A DNA stretch of 40,028 nucleotides from a virus (Duplodnaviria; Caudoviricetes), in IMG/VR virus record IMGVR_UViG_3300011435_000026, positions 1 to 40,028 of that record. One strand, given 5' to 3'. The number at the start of each line of letters is the position of its first letter. The stretch's first letter is position 1. The notes beneath the pieces were generated by a model. That model was not told the origin of the DNA. It did no database searches and saw nothing but the letters and a program-made list of their open reading frames with translations. Shown piece by piece: positions 19,942 through 27,911 of this stretch. The position numbers were made by a program, and so were the translations under genes.

Positions 19942-20224
19942 CCGCGGCCCCTCGTGGCACCCCGGCCGGTGGTCCCTTCGGATGCGGCGGCCGCGGCGGC
20001 CGCTCTAACATGCGGGCGTAGAACACCAGCAACGCGTCATGGTCCGCGCGCTCCAGCGCCCAGGCCGGATCGGCATGGGCCGGATCGGCGGCATGGGCCT
20101 CGAGCCGCAGATCGCGCGCGCGTATCAGGTGGTCGCGGTGCGCCGTATCGCGCCGCTGCCGCAGCAAGAGCGCCGTCTGATGCGCCGCTTGGCTGGCCGC
20201 GAGCAGGTCCGCTACCACCGACAT
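19934..20224 (-). CDS. Hypothetical protein
   Basis: 96 aa ORF between terL and portal; TAGACT lies 6 nt before the ATG. Confidence 0.6.
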   Translation of the reverse strand: MSVVADLLAASQAAHQTALLLRQRRDTAHRDHLIRARDLRLEAHAADPAHADPAWALERADHDALLVFYARMLERPPRPPHPKGPPAGVPRGAAGG

Positions 20225-20230
20225 GGCGAC

Positions 20231-20261
20231 AGTCTAGCCCCTTTTGGCTTCCACAGTGGAA
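20231..20261 (-). promoter_or_regulatory. Putative leaderless promoter (-10 TAGACT) with palindrome TTCCACAGTGGAA
   Basis: -10-like hexamer at 20236-20231, 6 nt from the ATG; 13-nt palindrome at 20249-20261. Confidence 0.4.
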
Positions 20262-20292
20262 CACCAACCCCGGTTTTTTGCCTCAGGAACCT

Positions 20293-22719
20293 TCACAAGC
20301 TCGACCAATGCGACGGCAACGCCCCCGCCTCCACCGGCGCCTTCTTGGCTTTCGGTGGCGCCCACCCGAAGTTCAACTCCAAGTACTCGGTACAATTGCC
20401 CGCCACAAAGGGCCGCCCGTTCCGCCGCACAATCAGTGTCCCAGTCGGCACCGTCGCACAGTAGACCATGCCCTCGTAGGGCACGTCCGTGAACGTCGGC
20501 CTGGCGCTGCTATGACGAAGCACGGCTCCCTCCGTCTCCCACTCGTTGAGGTGAAACTGTTGGCGACTGTCGCCTTGTCGGCCCCGAATGTCGTAGCGGT
20601 GCGCCGCTTTGACGCGAATACTCGCCGACCGGCCGGCTTTGATGAATAACTCCTGCATCTGATCGGCCAAAACGCCACTCACCGTAAAATATTGACGGTG
20701 TCCCTTACGGCTCACATGCCCATCGCCCGCGATGGCCCCGTCCAAGAACCGCTGGATCAGAGCCGGAGACGCCCACCGAATCCACGCCGGCACGCTCTTG
20801 GTATAGGTATCACCCAATGGGGCCAGCACGCGCCATAACTGTTCACTGGAGGCCGTGAACCCACCCGTTACACGGTGAAACGTCCACGGCAACCGCGCCA
20901 ATAACCGCTCCAGATGCGCCACGCCCTCGGGCTTGGTCTGCGCCACGCCAACGCGATAACCCCACCCCGGCGATTTAATACGCTTCGTGTAGTACCCCTC
21001 GGCCACATACCAACCGAGAAATTCAGCCCAGTCGCCCGGATCCAGTTCCTTTTCAGCGGCCAGTTTTGTTCGAGGAACCAGCAACACGTCGGACCGCGCG
21101 CCCAGCCACTGCGCGCTCAATTTGATGCGCTGCGACGGTCGCAAATCACACGCCGCAACCATCTGCGGCTCGGGCCGCTCCCGCTCGTTGGTATGCGGAT
21201 AGATCACCATCCGGTGATCAGGGGTGACTAATCCGTCTAACTTGCCCGCCAACGCCCGCATCGGTCCCTGGTATTCCTGCCGAATCAATCGAGATGGGCG
21301 GTAATACTCAATGCCATCGGTGTCAAGGTTTACCGTCGCCAGGGTGTCAAGGTCAGACAGATCGTAAAAGCGCCGCCAGCCCGAATCCGTCAACACATCC
21401 GTGTCGCTCGCAAAGCAATTCATCCCGTGCTCATACCACCCGTCCTTCTTGGGCTTGCGGACCTGCTTGTTCCCCACACTCACCATATGCTCGTCCCAGA
21501 CGTAGCCCGCCTCAAACCCATCCGCCAGGAAGGTGTCACACGCCGTCGACTGCGCCGAAATCGTCAGCCACCGCTCCCGATCCGCATTCACCAGAAACGC
21601 TTCGCCATAGTCGGCTGCGCGCGTGCGCATCTGCCCCGCCATCCGCTCGACCATCGCCAGCCGCACCGCAGGAGAGTTGCTGTCGGGCACATACACGGCC
21701 CGAATGCCGTGCGCCCGCAGCGCCTGCACCGCCCCCTCGGTGCCGTGTGAGGTATCGGCCGCGCCGGCGGGATCGCAACACTCCTTGATTTCGATCGGAT
21801 CGGGGAACCACTGCGCCCGATGCGACAACACCACGGTCAAGAAGTCATCCAGATACAGGTTCTGGCCGAGGATCCCACCCAGGTAGCGCCGCTGGCCGAG
21901 CGCGGAGACTTGTCGAAACACGACGCAGGGATGGTGCTTCCCGAAGTCTAAGGCCATTTCGAGCGGCAACCGCCGGTCATACGCCACCGGCCCCTCATGC
22001 ACCGCCCGCAGAAACGCGCCCTTGTACACCGGCGTCCCGGTGACATTCATCCCGCGCTTGCCGAGAATCACGCTGCGATGCTTCGCGTGATCAGGCGGAT
22101 AGGCCATCAGCGCCGCATTGAGTAGTTCAACTGGCAGGTTGTGCGCGTTGTCATGGATGCTAATCGCGTAGTACCGCCGACCCGCCACATGCTGGTCTTC
22201 GGGGAACTGCGCCGCCAGCCAATGCGAGACGTTCGGCGGATTGGGGCTGAAGATGAGTTGATGGGGAAAGCCGGGCTGGCGTAAGCGCAACCGCAGCTCG
22301 AGACTGAAATCCTCTGGGAGCTCCTCGGCCTGGTCGCAGTAGACCCCGGCGACGCCCATGCCACGCATCTTGCTATACCGGCTGAGCGCGTCCGGACTCT
22401 TCAGCCCGTAGGCGTAGCACTTCGAACCGTTCGAGAAGTCGTACGCCAGCTCTTTAGCATTCCACGCCGGCACGCTGCCGGCCTGCTGGCAGATCATCTC
22501 AAACGCCGGCCGGACCTTCGTCTGCGTCTCCCCGTCCCCGTAGCGCCCGATCCACCAGTGGATCCCCGGATGCGCATGCAGGCTGTTCCAGACTTTCCAG
22601 AGACAGGCCGTGGTTTTGCCGCTGGATAATCCGCCTTCCAGTGAAATTTCAGGCGTCGTGTCCTGCAGGAACCGCGCGATGGGACCGCGCCAGCGCATCT
22701 CGACCACGCGCTCAGCCAT
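20293..22719 (-). CDS. terL: Terminase large subunit, intein-containing
   Basis: Walker A GGLSSGKT, Walker B-like VYCDQAEE, motif III FSPNPP, RNase H-like ALDFG and CDPAG; start taken at MAERVVEM. Confidence 0.92.
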   Translation of the reverse strand: MAERVVEMRWRGPIARFLQDTTPEISLEGGLSSGKTTACLWKVWNSLHAHPGIHWWIGRYGDGETQTKVRPAFEMICQQAGSVPAWNAKELAYDFSNGSKCYAYGLKSPDALSRYSKMRGMGVAGVYCDQAEELPEDFSLELRLRLRQPGFPHQLIFSPNPPNVSHWLAAQFPEDQHVAGRRYYAISIHDNAHNLPVELLNAALMAYPPDHAKHRSVILGKRGMNVTGTPVYKGAFLRAVHEGPVAYDRRLPLEMALDFGKHHPCVVFRQVSALGQRRYLGGILGQNLYLDDFLTVVLSHRAQWFPDPIEIKECCDPAGAADTSHGTEGAVQALRAHGIRAVYVPDSNSPAVRLAMVERMAGQMRTRAADYGEAFLVNADRERWLTISAQSTACDTFLADGFEAGYVWDEHMVSVGNKQVRKPKKDGWYEHGMNCFASDTDVLTDSGWRRFYDLSDLDTLATVNLDTDGIEYYRPSRLIRQEYQGPMRALAGKLDGLVTPDHRMVIYPHTNERERPEPQMVAACDLRPSQRIKLSAQWLGARSDVLLVPRTKLAAEKELDPGDWAEFLGWYVAEGYYTKRIKSPGWGYRVGVAQTKPEGVAHLERLLARLPWTFHRVTGGFTASSEQLWRVLAPLGDTYTKSVPAWIRWASPALIQRFLDGAIAGDGHVSRKGHRQYFTVSGVLADQMQELFIKAGRSASIRVKAAHRYDIRGRQGDSRQQFHLNEWETEGAVLRHSSARPTFTDVPYEGMVYCATVPTGTLIVRRNGRPFVAGNCTEYLELNFGWAPPKAKKAPVEAGALPSHWSSL
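20395..21417 (-). mobile_element. Intein (341 aa) with LAGLIDADG homing endonuclease
   Basis: Begins CFASDTDVLTDSGW; block B VTPDHRM; LAGLIDADG motifs FLGWYVAEG and FLDGAIAGDG; ends VYCATVPTGTLIVRRNGRPFVAGN followed by Cys (+1). Confidence 0.93.
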
Positions 22720-22756
22720 GCGATTCACAGCCGTCGGGCCGGAGCATTTATAGGAC

Positions 22757-23038
22757 CTATTTTTGAGGTTTCGCGTCTTCGTAAATGTGCCGAACCACCG
22801 TCGCAATCGGCCCGGCGCCGCCCTCGCCCACATGCTCGACCGGAATCAACCGGGCATGGAGGCGATAGAAGTCCCCCCGGTTGGCCTCGGCCCACTTGAC
22901 CAGGGCCGGCACGCCGCCGATCCCCATAAACGCAGCCAGATAGGCTTCGCGCGCACTCGTGGTGGTTTTGTTCGGCACGCCCTTGGGGCGGCCTTTGCCG
23001 GCATTACCGCGCGGATGATCGCCTCGGGTGAACGGCAT
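22757..23038 (-). CDS. terS: Terminase small subunit
   Basis: GRPKGVPNKTT...GGVPALVKWAEANRGDFYRLHARLIP; immediately upstream of terL. Confidence 0.85.
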   Translation of the reverse strand: MPFTRGDHPRGNAGKGRPKGVPNKTTTSAREAYLAAFMGIGGVPALVKWAEANRGDFYRLHARLIPVEHVGEGGAGPIATVVRHIYEDAKPQK

Positions 23039-23075
23039 TCTCTTACCTATCTGTAGTTTACGCCAGCGCAGCGGC

Positions 23076-23231
23076 TCATCGAGAGCCTTTCACCAGCGCG
23101 AAGAGGTCCGCCGTGGCCAGGACCCGGGCGAAGCCGCACCTGATGCCGTTGCCGGCGCGCTGCCTGCGTTCGCGGGCCGCGGCGATGCGTGCGGCTTCGG
23201 CCGCCTTCGTACGATTCATCCACGTCGACAT
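23076..23231 (-). CDS. Small hypothetical protein (51 aa)
   Basis: Manual translation MSTWMNRTKAAEAARIAAARERRQ...; GAGG upstream. Confidence 0.4.
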   Translation of the reverse strand: MSTWMNRTKAAEAARIAAARERRQRAGNGIRCGFARVLATADLFALVKGSR

Positions 23232-23470
23232 GGGTGCCTCGGCGTCAAGTAACGGACATTACTGCGCACGATGCGACGGGCGTGCGACTGGGGCGCGCCA
23301 GCGACCCGCTGCGGCAGCTGGGTCGTAATCATCTCACTGTCGAGGACGTGCGCCAGCGGCTCGAGGCACCTTGAACAGCGCCAGCGCAAGACGCCGGCGT
23401 CGTCGCGGTCGTAGATCGCGCGGCCGTGGCGGAACAGACAGGGCGACCAGAGGCGCGCAAACCGTGTCAT
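23216..23470 (-). CDS. Hypothetical Cys-containing protein; contains the 40-nt target of the mini-tnpB guide
   Basis: MTRFARLWSPCLFRHGRAIYDRDDAGVLRWRCSRC; ATGA overlap with the upstream gene. Confidence 0.6.
   Translation of the reverse strand: MTRFARLWSPCLFRHGRAIYDRDDAGVLRWRCSRCLEPLAHVLDSEMITTQLPQRVAGAPQSHARRIVRSNVRYLTPRHPCRRG
23400..23439. repeat. 40-nt sequence whose reverse complement is repeated exactly at 28578-28617
   Basis: Reverse complement GTCTGTTCCGCCACGGCCGCGCGATCTACGACCGCGACGA matches 40/40, with mismatches immediately on both sides. Confidence 0.95.
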
Positions 23471-23628
23471 GGCGCTGGCTCCATGCTGATCACAACCGCC
23501 ACCACGAACACCGCGAGCAGGAACCAGCCCGGATGGCCGATCACCGCGCCGTTGGGTTCGGCCAGCGCGTGGAGATAGCCCAACGCAAACGTCGCCGCAC
23601 TGACCGCGACGAGCGTGGACCGCGTCAC
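23467..23628 (-). CDS. Small two-TM membrane protein
   Basis: VTRSTLVAVSAATFALGYLHA...GWFLLAVFVVAVVISM; start/stop overlaps on both sides. Confidence 0.55.
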   Translation of the reverse strand: MTRSTLVAVSAATFALGYLHALAEPNGAVIGHPGWFLLAVFVVAVVISMEPAP

Positions 23629-23828
23629 GTCGGCACCGCCGATCCACAGACCACCACCGCCGGGCCGTGCGCGCCGCAGTGCGGACAGCCGGCCGCGACC
23701 TCCCCTTTCATCACGAGCACCGCACGATCGACCGGCATCGGGAGTCGCAGGCGACTCTCCCATTCGCCGTTGCACTGGGCGCAATGCAGGAGGAAGGGAC
23801 CACCAGGAGTCGCCGGATTCCTGTTCAT
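23625..23828 (-). CDS. Small zinc-ribbon protein
   Basis: CAQC...CPHC; AAGGAG RBS and ATGA overlap. Confidence 0.6.
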   Translation of the reverse strand: MNRNPATPGGPFLLHCAQCNGEWESRLRLPMPVDRAVLVMKGEVAAGCPHCGAHGPAVVVCGSAVPT

Positions 23829-24172
23829 GGGTTCTCCTTCGGCACCTGCGCCAGCACGGCATGTATCGACGCAGGCACGCGCACCGAGTGAATCCCGCCC
23901 AACTCCGCCACGGCATCCCGCAGCACCTGAATCAGCGAGGGGATCGTCGTCTCCGGGTCCGCGATCCCCGCCAGGGCGTTCACGCATGCCACGATCCGTT
24001 GGGCGTTGGCGGTGTCTTCCGCGAGAGGACGTGCGTAGCGCAATGGCCCGACCAAGGCGCTCTTGCAGTCGGCGACCTTCAGCCCGTCGGGGCCGACCAC
24101 GACCAGTTTGCCGCGTTGACCGATCCCGGCCGTCGGGCCTTCGCGCCACGGTTCCAGCGTCTGCCCCGCCAT
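23825..24172 (-). CDS. Hypothetical phage protein
   Basis: PW...VADC...ANAQRIVACVNALAGI, a motif common in phage early proteins. Confidence 0.65.
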   Translation of the reverse strand: MAGQTLEPWREGPTAGIGQRGKLVVVGPDGLKVADCKSALVGPLRYARPLAEDTANAQRIVACVNALAGIADPETTIPSLIQVLRDAVAELGGIHSVRVPASIHAVLAQVPKENP

Positions 24173-24369
24173 CAGCGCACCCCCTGAATCGCTTGGACCA
24201 GCGCCAGCACTTCCGCGTCCGTTGGCGCCGGCCGTGTATCCAGCCGGGCGAAGAACTTCTCCACGTCCTCGGCATCGATCACGCGCTGGCCGTCCTCCAG
24301 CACATGCACGCGTAAGGTGGTGCCCATGATCGCGATCGTGGCCGTCGAGATCGCGTTCGGTAGGCTCAT
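24172..24369 (-). CDS. Hypothetical protein
   Basis: MSLPNAIS...VHVLEDGQRVIDAEDVEKFF; coupled overlaps. Confidence 0.6.
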   Translation of the reverse strand: MSLPNAISTATIAIMGTTLRVHVLEDGQRVIDAEDVEKFFARLDTRPAPTDAEVLALVQAIQGVR

Positions 24370-24584
24370 GGCGTGCGGCCCTCGGCCTTGACGGGCTTCT
24401 CGGAGAAGACCGCGCAATTGGTTGCCGTGTCGGCGCGGACCTGCTCACGATCCGTGTAGCAGTCGGACCAGACCCAGAACGGCGCCTGCGCGAAGGGACG
24501 GCCGGGTGCGCGACCCTCTGGGCTCTGTAAATAGCCGCAGCGACCATCCCGCACGAAGTACCGACACGCGCCGCAGATCGTCAT
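24366..24584 (-). CDS. Cys-rich hypothetical protein
   Basis: MTICGACRYF...C...C...NCAVF; GAGGAG RBS. Confidence 0.55.
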   Translation of the reverse strand: MTICGACRYFVRDGRCGYLQSPEGRAPGRPFAQAPFWVWSDCYTDREQVRADTATNCAVFSEKPVKAEGRTP

Positions 24585-24781
24585 CGGCCGACTCCTCGCG
24601 GATGCAAACCCGCCGCTTTGGGCGCCCCACCGTTCAGCCGGCCATCGACCGACATGATCCGATTGAACCGTGCGCGTGCCTCCGTCGCCTGATCTGCCGC
24701 CCGCTGCCGCCGATAGCGCAGGACCACCGGCAGACACGCCAGCAGCCAGCCCGTCAACAACCCCGCCGCAAAGTCCGCCAT
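24581..24781 (-). CDS. Small membrane-anchored protein
   Basis: MADFAAGLLTGWLLACLPVVLRYRRQR; GGAGG RBS and TAATG overlap. Confidence 0.55.
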   Translation of the reverse strand: MADFAAGLLTGWLLACLPVVLRYRRQRAADQATEARARFNRIMSVDGRLNGGAPKAAGLHPRGVGR

Positions 24782-24885
24782 TACCGATCCTCCCAATCTT
24801 CTTGCACGGCGCGCAGAATGGCCCAGACGACCAGCACGCCCAGACACACCAACCCGATCGCCGCGAGGATGTCCAGCGCCGTCAT
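24781..24885 (-). CDS. 34-aa single-TM peptide
   Basis: MTALDILAAIGLVCLGVLVVWAILRAVQEDWEDR; fills the gap with ATGA and TAATG overlaps. Confidence 0.55.
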   Translation of the reverse strand: MTALDILAAIGLVCLGVLVVWAILRAVQEDWEDR

Positions 24886-25085
24886 GGCCGCGCCGCCTGT
24901 TCCTGCACAATCGCCACCAGCAGCGCCTCGGCCCACGCCCGCGCCCGCGACAACGCCTCGGCATCGGTGAGCCCGCTGGCAATCGTGACTTGTTCGCCCC
25001 CGAGGTTCTCCGCATAGACCCAGCGCGCCGTCCGGCCCGCGCGGACGTTGAGGTTGATCGTTACCGCGCCTTGATCCGTGTCCAT
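24882..25085 (-). CDS. Hypothetical protein
   Basis: MDTDQGAVTINLNVRAG...; GGAGG RBS lies within the 19-bp repeat. Confidence 0.55.
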   Translation of the reverse strand: MDTDQGAVTINLNVRAGRTARWVYAENLGGEQVTIASGLTDAEALSRARAWAEALLVAIVQEQAARP

Positions 25086-25903
25086 CGCATGGCCTCCCCG
25101 CTTGCTAGTAGCACGTTCCGGCGGTGCATCCGCCGAACAGACCACCGTTGTCGCTCGCTGGCTTAAGTCGCACCTCGCGCAATGGGATCAGCTGCTTGTG
25201 AAAGTAGGCGTGAGGGTCGACAAACCGGACCTTGTCTTCCAGGTCGCAGGCAGCCTGCCATTCTTCCGGCGTCAGCTCAGCCCATTCCCCGTCGGACTGG
25301 TTCGGGCAATGCCGACAACGGCTCCGAGGCGGCGGCGGCCAGCCCAGATCGGCCACAGCGGACAAGCAACCGGAGACCGTGGTCGGTCTGGCATCCAACA
25401 GCGGATAGACCGGACGGAACCATTGCCGCCTAGCTCGGCCCCTGCGGCGCGATTCCTCGTAGCTGATACCAACCCAGTTATCGACGCCGCTGTCCTTCCA
25501 GGCGAGCTGCGTGGCCGCCCAGCGGGTCATTACGTCGCGCTTCCACTCCCCGGAGCAGAACTCGGTCAGCTTCGACAGTTGCCCGGACTGATCCGAGTAG
25601 GCTGGGAGCAGCAACGTGTCGCCGTCCAGGCCGCCCCAAAATTCCTTCGTGGCGTACTTTGCTCTCGGGATGGCCGTAAACGGCACGCCGAGCGATTCCA
25701 ACGCGGGCCGGATATAGGTGTTGACGTACGGCCAGACCGTGCGGACCTCCCATTCGAGCGCCACCATCGCGACGTGATCGGGCTTTGGCAGCTTGCCCTG
25801 GACGATGAGCGCTGCGATTCCGGCAGACTGCCGCCCGCCTCCACACGACCACAACTGAATGCGCCGTGTCATCGTTTCGTTCTGGTCCATCGCATGGCCT
25901 CCC
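25080..25903. repeat. 19-bp direct repeat GTCCATCGCATGGCCTCCC (25080-25098 and 25885-25903) flanking the PAPS-reductase-like gene
   Basis: Exact match; reads GGGAGGCCATGCGATGGAC on the minus strand, i.e. RBS plus start codon. Confidence 0.9.
25105..25890 (-). CDS. PAPS-reductase-family (PP-loop, Cys-rich) protein
   Basis: WSCGGGRQSA PP-loop; C..EWK, WVGISYEE, YPL, PPPRSRCRHCP; C-terminal CTAGTCY. Confidence 0.8.
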   Translation of the reverse strand: MDQNETMTRRIQLWSCGGGRQSAGIAALIVQGKLPKPDHVAMVALEWEVRTVWPYVNTYIRPALESLGVPFTAIPRAKYATKEFWGGLDGDTLLLPAYSDQSGQLSKLTEFCSGEWKRDVMTRWAATQLAWKDSGVDNWVGISYEESRRRGRARRQWFRPVYPLLDARPTTVSGCLSAVADLGWPPPPRSRCRHCPNQSDGEWAELTPEEWQAACDLEDKVRFVDPHAYFHKQLIPLREVRLKPASDNGGLFGGCTAGTCY

Positions 25904-26270
25904 GCACCGGATCGACCCAGGTGCCCTTGTGTAACTCGATCGGCGTACACGGCACGAGAAGGAACCCCAGCGCCGCGTAGGCTCGTCGCTTTTCGAGATC
26001 CTTCACGAAGCCGCTGCCCCGCGTGTGACGCCCCTGCGTCCAGGCTCCCCCGTCGATCTCCAAGGCGACGCGCTCGTTTTTCCAGACGAAATCGCCGCGA
26101 AATCGCCGCCCCGGACAGAAGACAAATTCCGCAATCGGCCGCGGCAACCCGTGCCGATCACACAGCACGCACACGGAGGCGGTATACGGGTTCCCTCGGG
26201 GCTTGGCCGTCACCTTCGGCAACGCCTTCCCGGTGAGCTTGCGTACGTCCGCCGCTGTCCAGCGGCTCAT
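25869..26270 (-). CDS. DUF559/Vsr-like PD-(D/E)XK endonuclease
   Basis: EFVFCPGRRFRGDFVW...VALEIDGGAWTQGRHTRGSGFVKDLEK...ALGF. Confidence 0.8.
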   Translation of the reverse strand: MSRWTAADVRKLTGKALPKVTAKPRGNPYTASVCVLCDRHGLPRPIAEFVFCPGRRFRGDFVWKNERVALEIDGGAWTQGRHTRGSGFVKDLEKRRAYAALGFLLVPCTPIELHKGTWVDPVREAMRWTRTKR

Positions 26271-26449
26271 GGCTCCTGCGCCTCCAGGAGCCTCAGCAAG
26301 CCCCGCTCGGGTGTGGGCGGCTCCGGAGGCGGTGTCGGTGCCGATCGCCGCAGGACGGGGCGCGGGCGCGGGGGGGCGGCCGGATCTGGCCCCAGCCACC
26401 ACAGACGGATCGGCCGGCCGTCGGCGTCCCACTCGATCTGCCAGTTCAT
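26267..26449 (-). CDS. Hypothetical protein (alternative start at 26473, MARWTEAG)
   Basis: MNWQIEWDADGRPIRLWWLG; GGAGG RBS lies within the 22-bp repeat. Confidence 0.5.
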   Translation of the reverse strand: MNWQIEWDADGRPIRLWWLGPDPAAPPRPRPVLRRSAPTPPPEPPTPERGLLRLLEAQEP

Positions 26450-26452
26450 TCC

Positions 26453-27183
26453 GGCCTCCGTCCAGCGCGCCATCAGCCGACACTTTCCAGGGGAAGCACT
26501 TCCTGCTGTAACCGCTTCGCCGCGATCTCGCAATAGCGTTCCTCGATCTCGATCCCGATGGCGCGGCGGCCCAGTGCCTTGGCGGCGACGAGCGTAGTGC
26601 CCGATCCCATGAAGGGGTCCAGCACACATTCCCCTTCCAGGCTCGCCACGGTGAGCAGACGTTTCCATAACCCGATGGGCTTCACGCACGGGTGTCCGAG
26701 TTTCGACTCAGCCCAGGCGTAACCGGCCTGCTGGAACGAACACGACACCCCTGGCAGCAACGTCCCCACGCGCGGGGCTTTGCCGTAATAGAACACCGGT
26801 TGCCCATCCGCACGTCCCCAGGGCTGTAACCCGATCGACGCGGGCTGATAGATCACCCCAAACCCATCGGGAGCGGGATACCACGTCAAGCACTTCGTTC
26901 CTGGCGTGACGACACATCGGCCGCGCGCGATCAGCGTGACCACAACCGGAATCACCACCGAACGCACGTACGCCACGGAATCCACCAGTGACGCATAGGC
27001 GTTCTTCTGGCCGTGGGTCACCGCCATCTGTGTATGTTGTTCGCCCGTGACGCCATACGGCGGATCAGTCAAGGCGCAATCCCATTCCAGATCGTCAAGC
27101 ACGTCGCGGCAATCCCCCAAAAAGATTTGGATGCCCGCGTGCGCGTAATACGGTGTCATCGGGCCTCCGTCCAGCGCGCCATC
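26453..27183. repeat. 22-bp direct repeat GGCCTCCGTCCAGCGCGCCATC (26453-26474 and 27162-27183) flanking the methyltransferase
   Basis: Exact match; reads GATGGCGCGCTGGACGGAGGCC on the minus strand, containing an ATG and a GGAGG RBS. Confidence 0.92.
26473..27159 (-). CDS. N6-A/N4-C DNA methyltransferase, beta class
   Basis: TDPPY catalytic motif precedes HPCVKP and VLDPFMGSGTT; GIEIEERYC. Confidence 0.92.
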   Translation of the reverse strand: MTPYYAHAGIQIFLGDCRDVLDDLEWDCALTDPPYGVTGEQHTQMAVTHGQKNAYASLVDSVAYVRSVVIPVVVTLIARGRCVVTPGTKCLTWYPAPDGFGVIYQPASIGLQPWGRADGQPVFYYGKAPRVGTLLPGVSCSFQQAGYAWAESKLGHPCVKPIGLWKRLLTVASLEGECVLDPFMGSGTTLVAAKALGRRAIGIEIEERYCEIAAKRLQQEVLPLESVG

Positions 27184-27377
27184 TACGCCTCGACCTTGTG
27201 GCGTGGGCAGTCGAAATCATGCCGATCAAGCTCACAGGTGCAGTCGTCCGCCACGATCGTCTGCTCCAATTCCTGACACCGGAGAATTGCCGCGATCCCC
27301 CGCGCGCACGCCTCCCCCGAGGGCGGCGTCAACTTGCCCAACTTCTCCAACTTCTCGATCGCTTCAGCGTCCGTCAT
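27183..27377 (-). CDS. Hypothetical protein
   Basis: MTDAEAIEKLEKLG...CTCELDRHDFDCPRH; start uncertain. Confidence 0.5.
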   Translation of the reverse strand: MTDAEAIEKLEKLGKLTPPSGEACARGIAAILRCQELEQTIVADDCTCELDRHDFDCPRHKVEA

Positions 27378-27684
27378 GCCGCGCCTTCGCCTTCGCCGTT
27401 TCGGCCTGCCAGGTTTCGTCACTCACGCCCAAGTGTCGGCCTGTGTGTGCCGGCCGCTCGTCCTCCCACCGCGCCTGATTCAGCCAGGTTGAAAAATGGG
27501 GGATCACACCCCGGCGCCACTGGTCCGTTTGTGTTTGCCACGTCAACGCTTCGATCATCTGTTGCACCGTCGCGGTATCTGGACTGAGCTTGCGCCACGC
27601 TTTGCGCGCGACCACCTTCGCCGTGTGCCGCGGATACTGCCGCCAAATCACTTCAAAATCGGTGATGGTCTCGGAATCGGCCAC
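27364..27684 (-). CDS. Phage replication-initiator C-terminal-domain-like protein
   Basis: FEVIWRQYPRHTAKVVARKAWRKL...IPHFSTWLNQARWEDE; AAGGTG RBS; no N-terminal HTH. Confidence 0.75.
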   Translation of the reverse strand: MADSETITDFEVIWRQYPRHTAKVVARKAWRKLSPDTATVQQMIEALTWQTQTDQWRRGVIPHFSTWLNQARWEDERPAHTGRHLGVSDETWQAETAKAKARHDGR

Positions 27685-27709
27685 GCGATCACCTTTTTCT
27701 TACGTACGT

Positions 27710-27897
27710 GCGAGGACTTGACTCCCTGATACGGTCACCCACAAACGGTGTCCAATCGAGGGCCAAATCCCGTCAGCTCCACAACGCATCAGGTCGGGGC
27801 GACACAAGTCCTCGCTGAAAGTCGATCTCCCCGTTTCGCCGTCTGTCCGGCTGTCGCGGTCTACTTCCCGCCGTCACGGGCGCTCAGGGTGCCCGTC
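27710..27897. ncRNA. Structured non-coding region (candidate leader RNA, sRNA or origin)
   Basis: GCGAGGACTTG (27710-20) pairs with CAAGTCCTCGC (27805-15); nested CCTGAT/ATCAGG; separate ACGGGCGC/GTGCCCGT hairpin near 27876-27897. Confidence 0.5.
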
Positions 27898-27911
27898 CCC
27901 AAACGTGCTAC

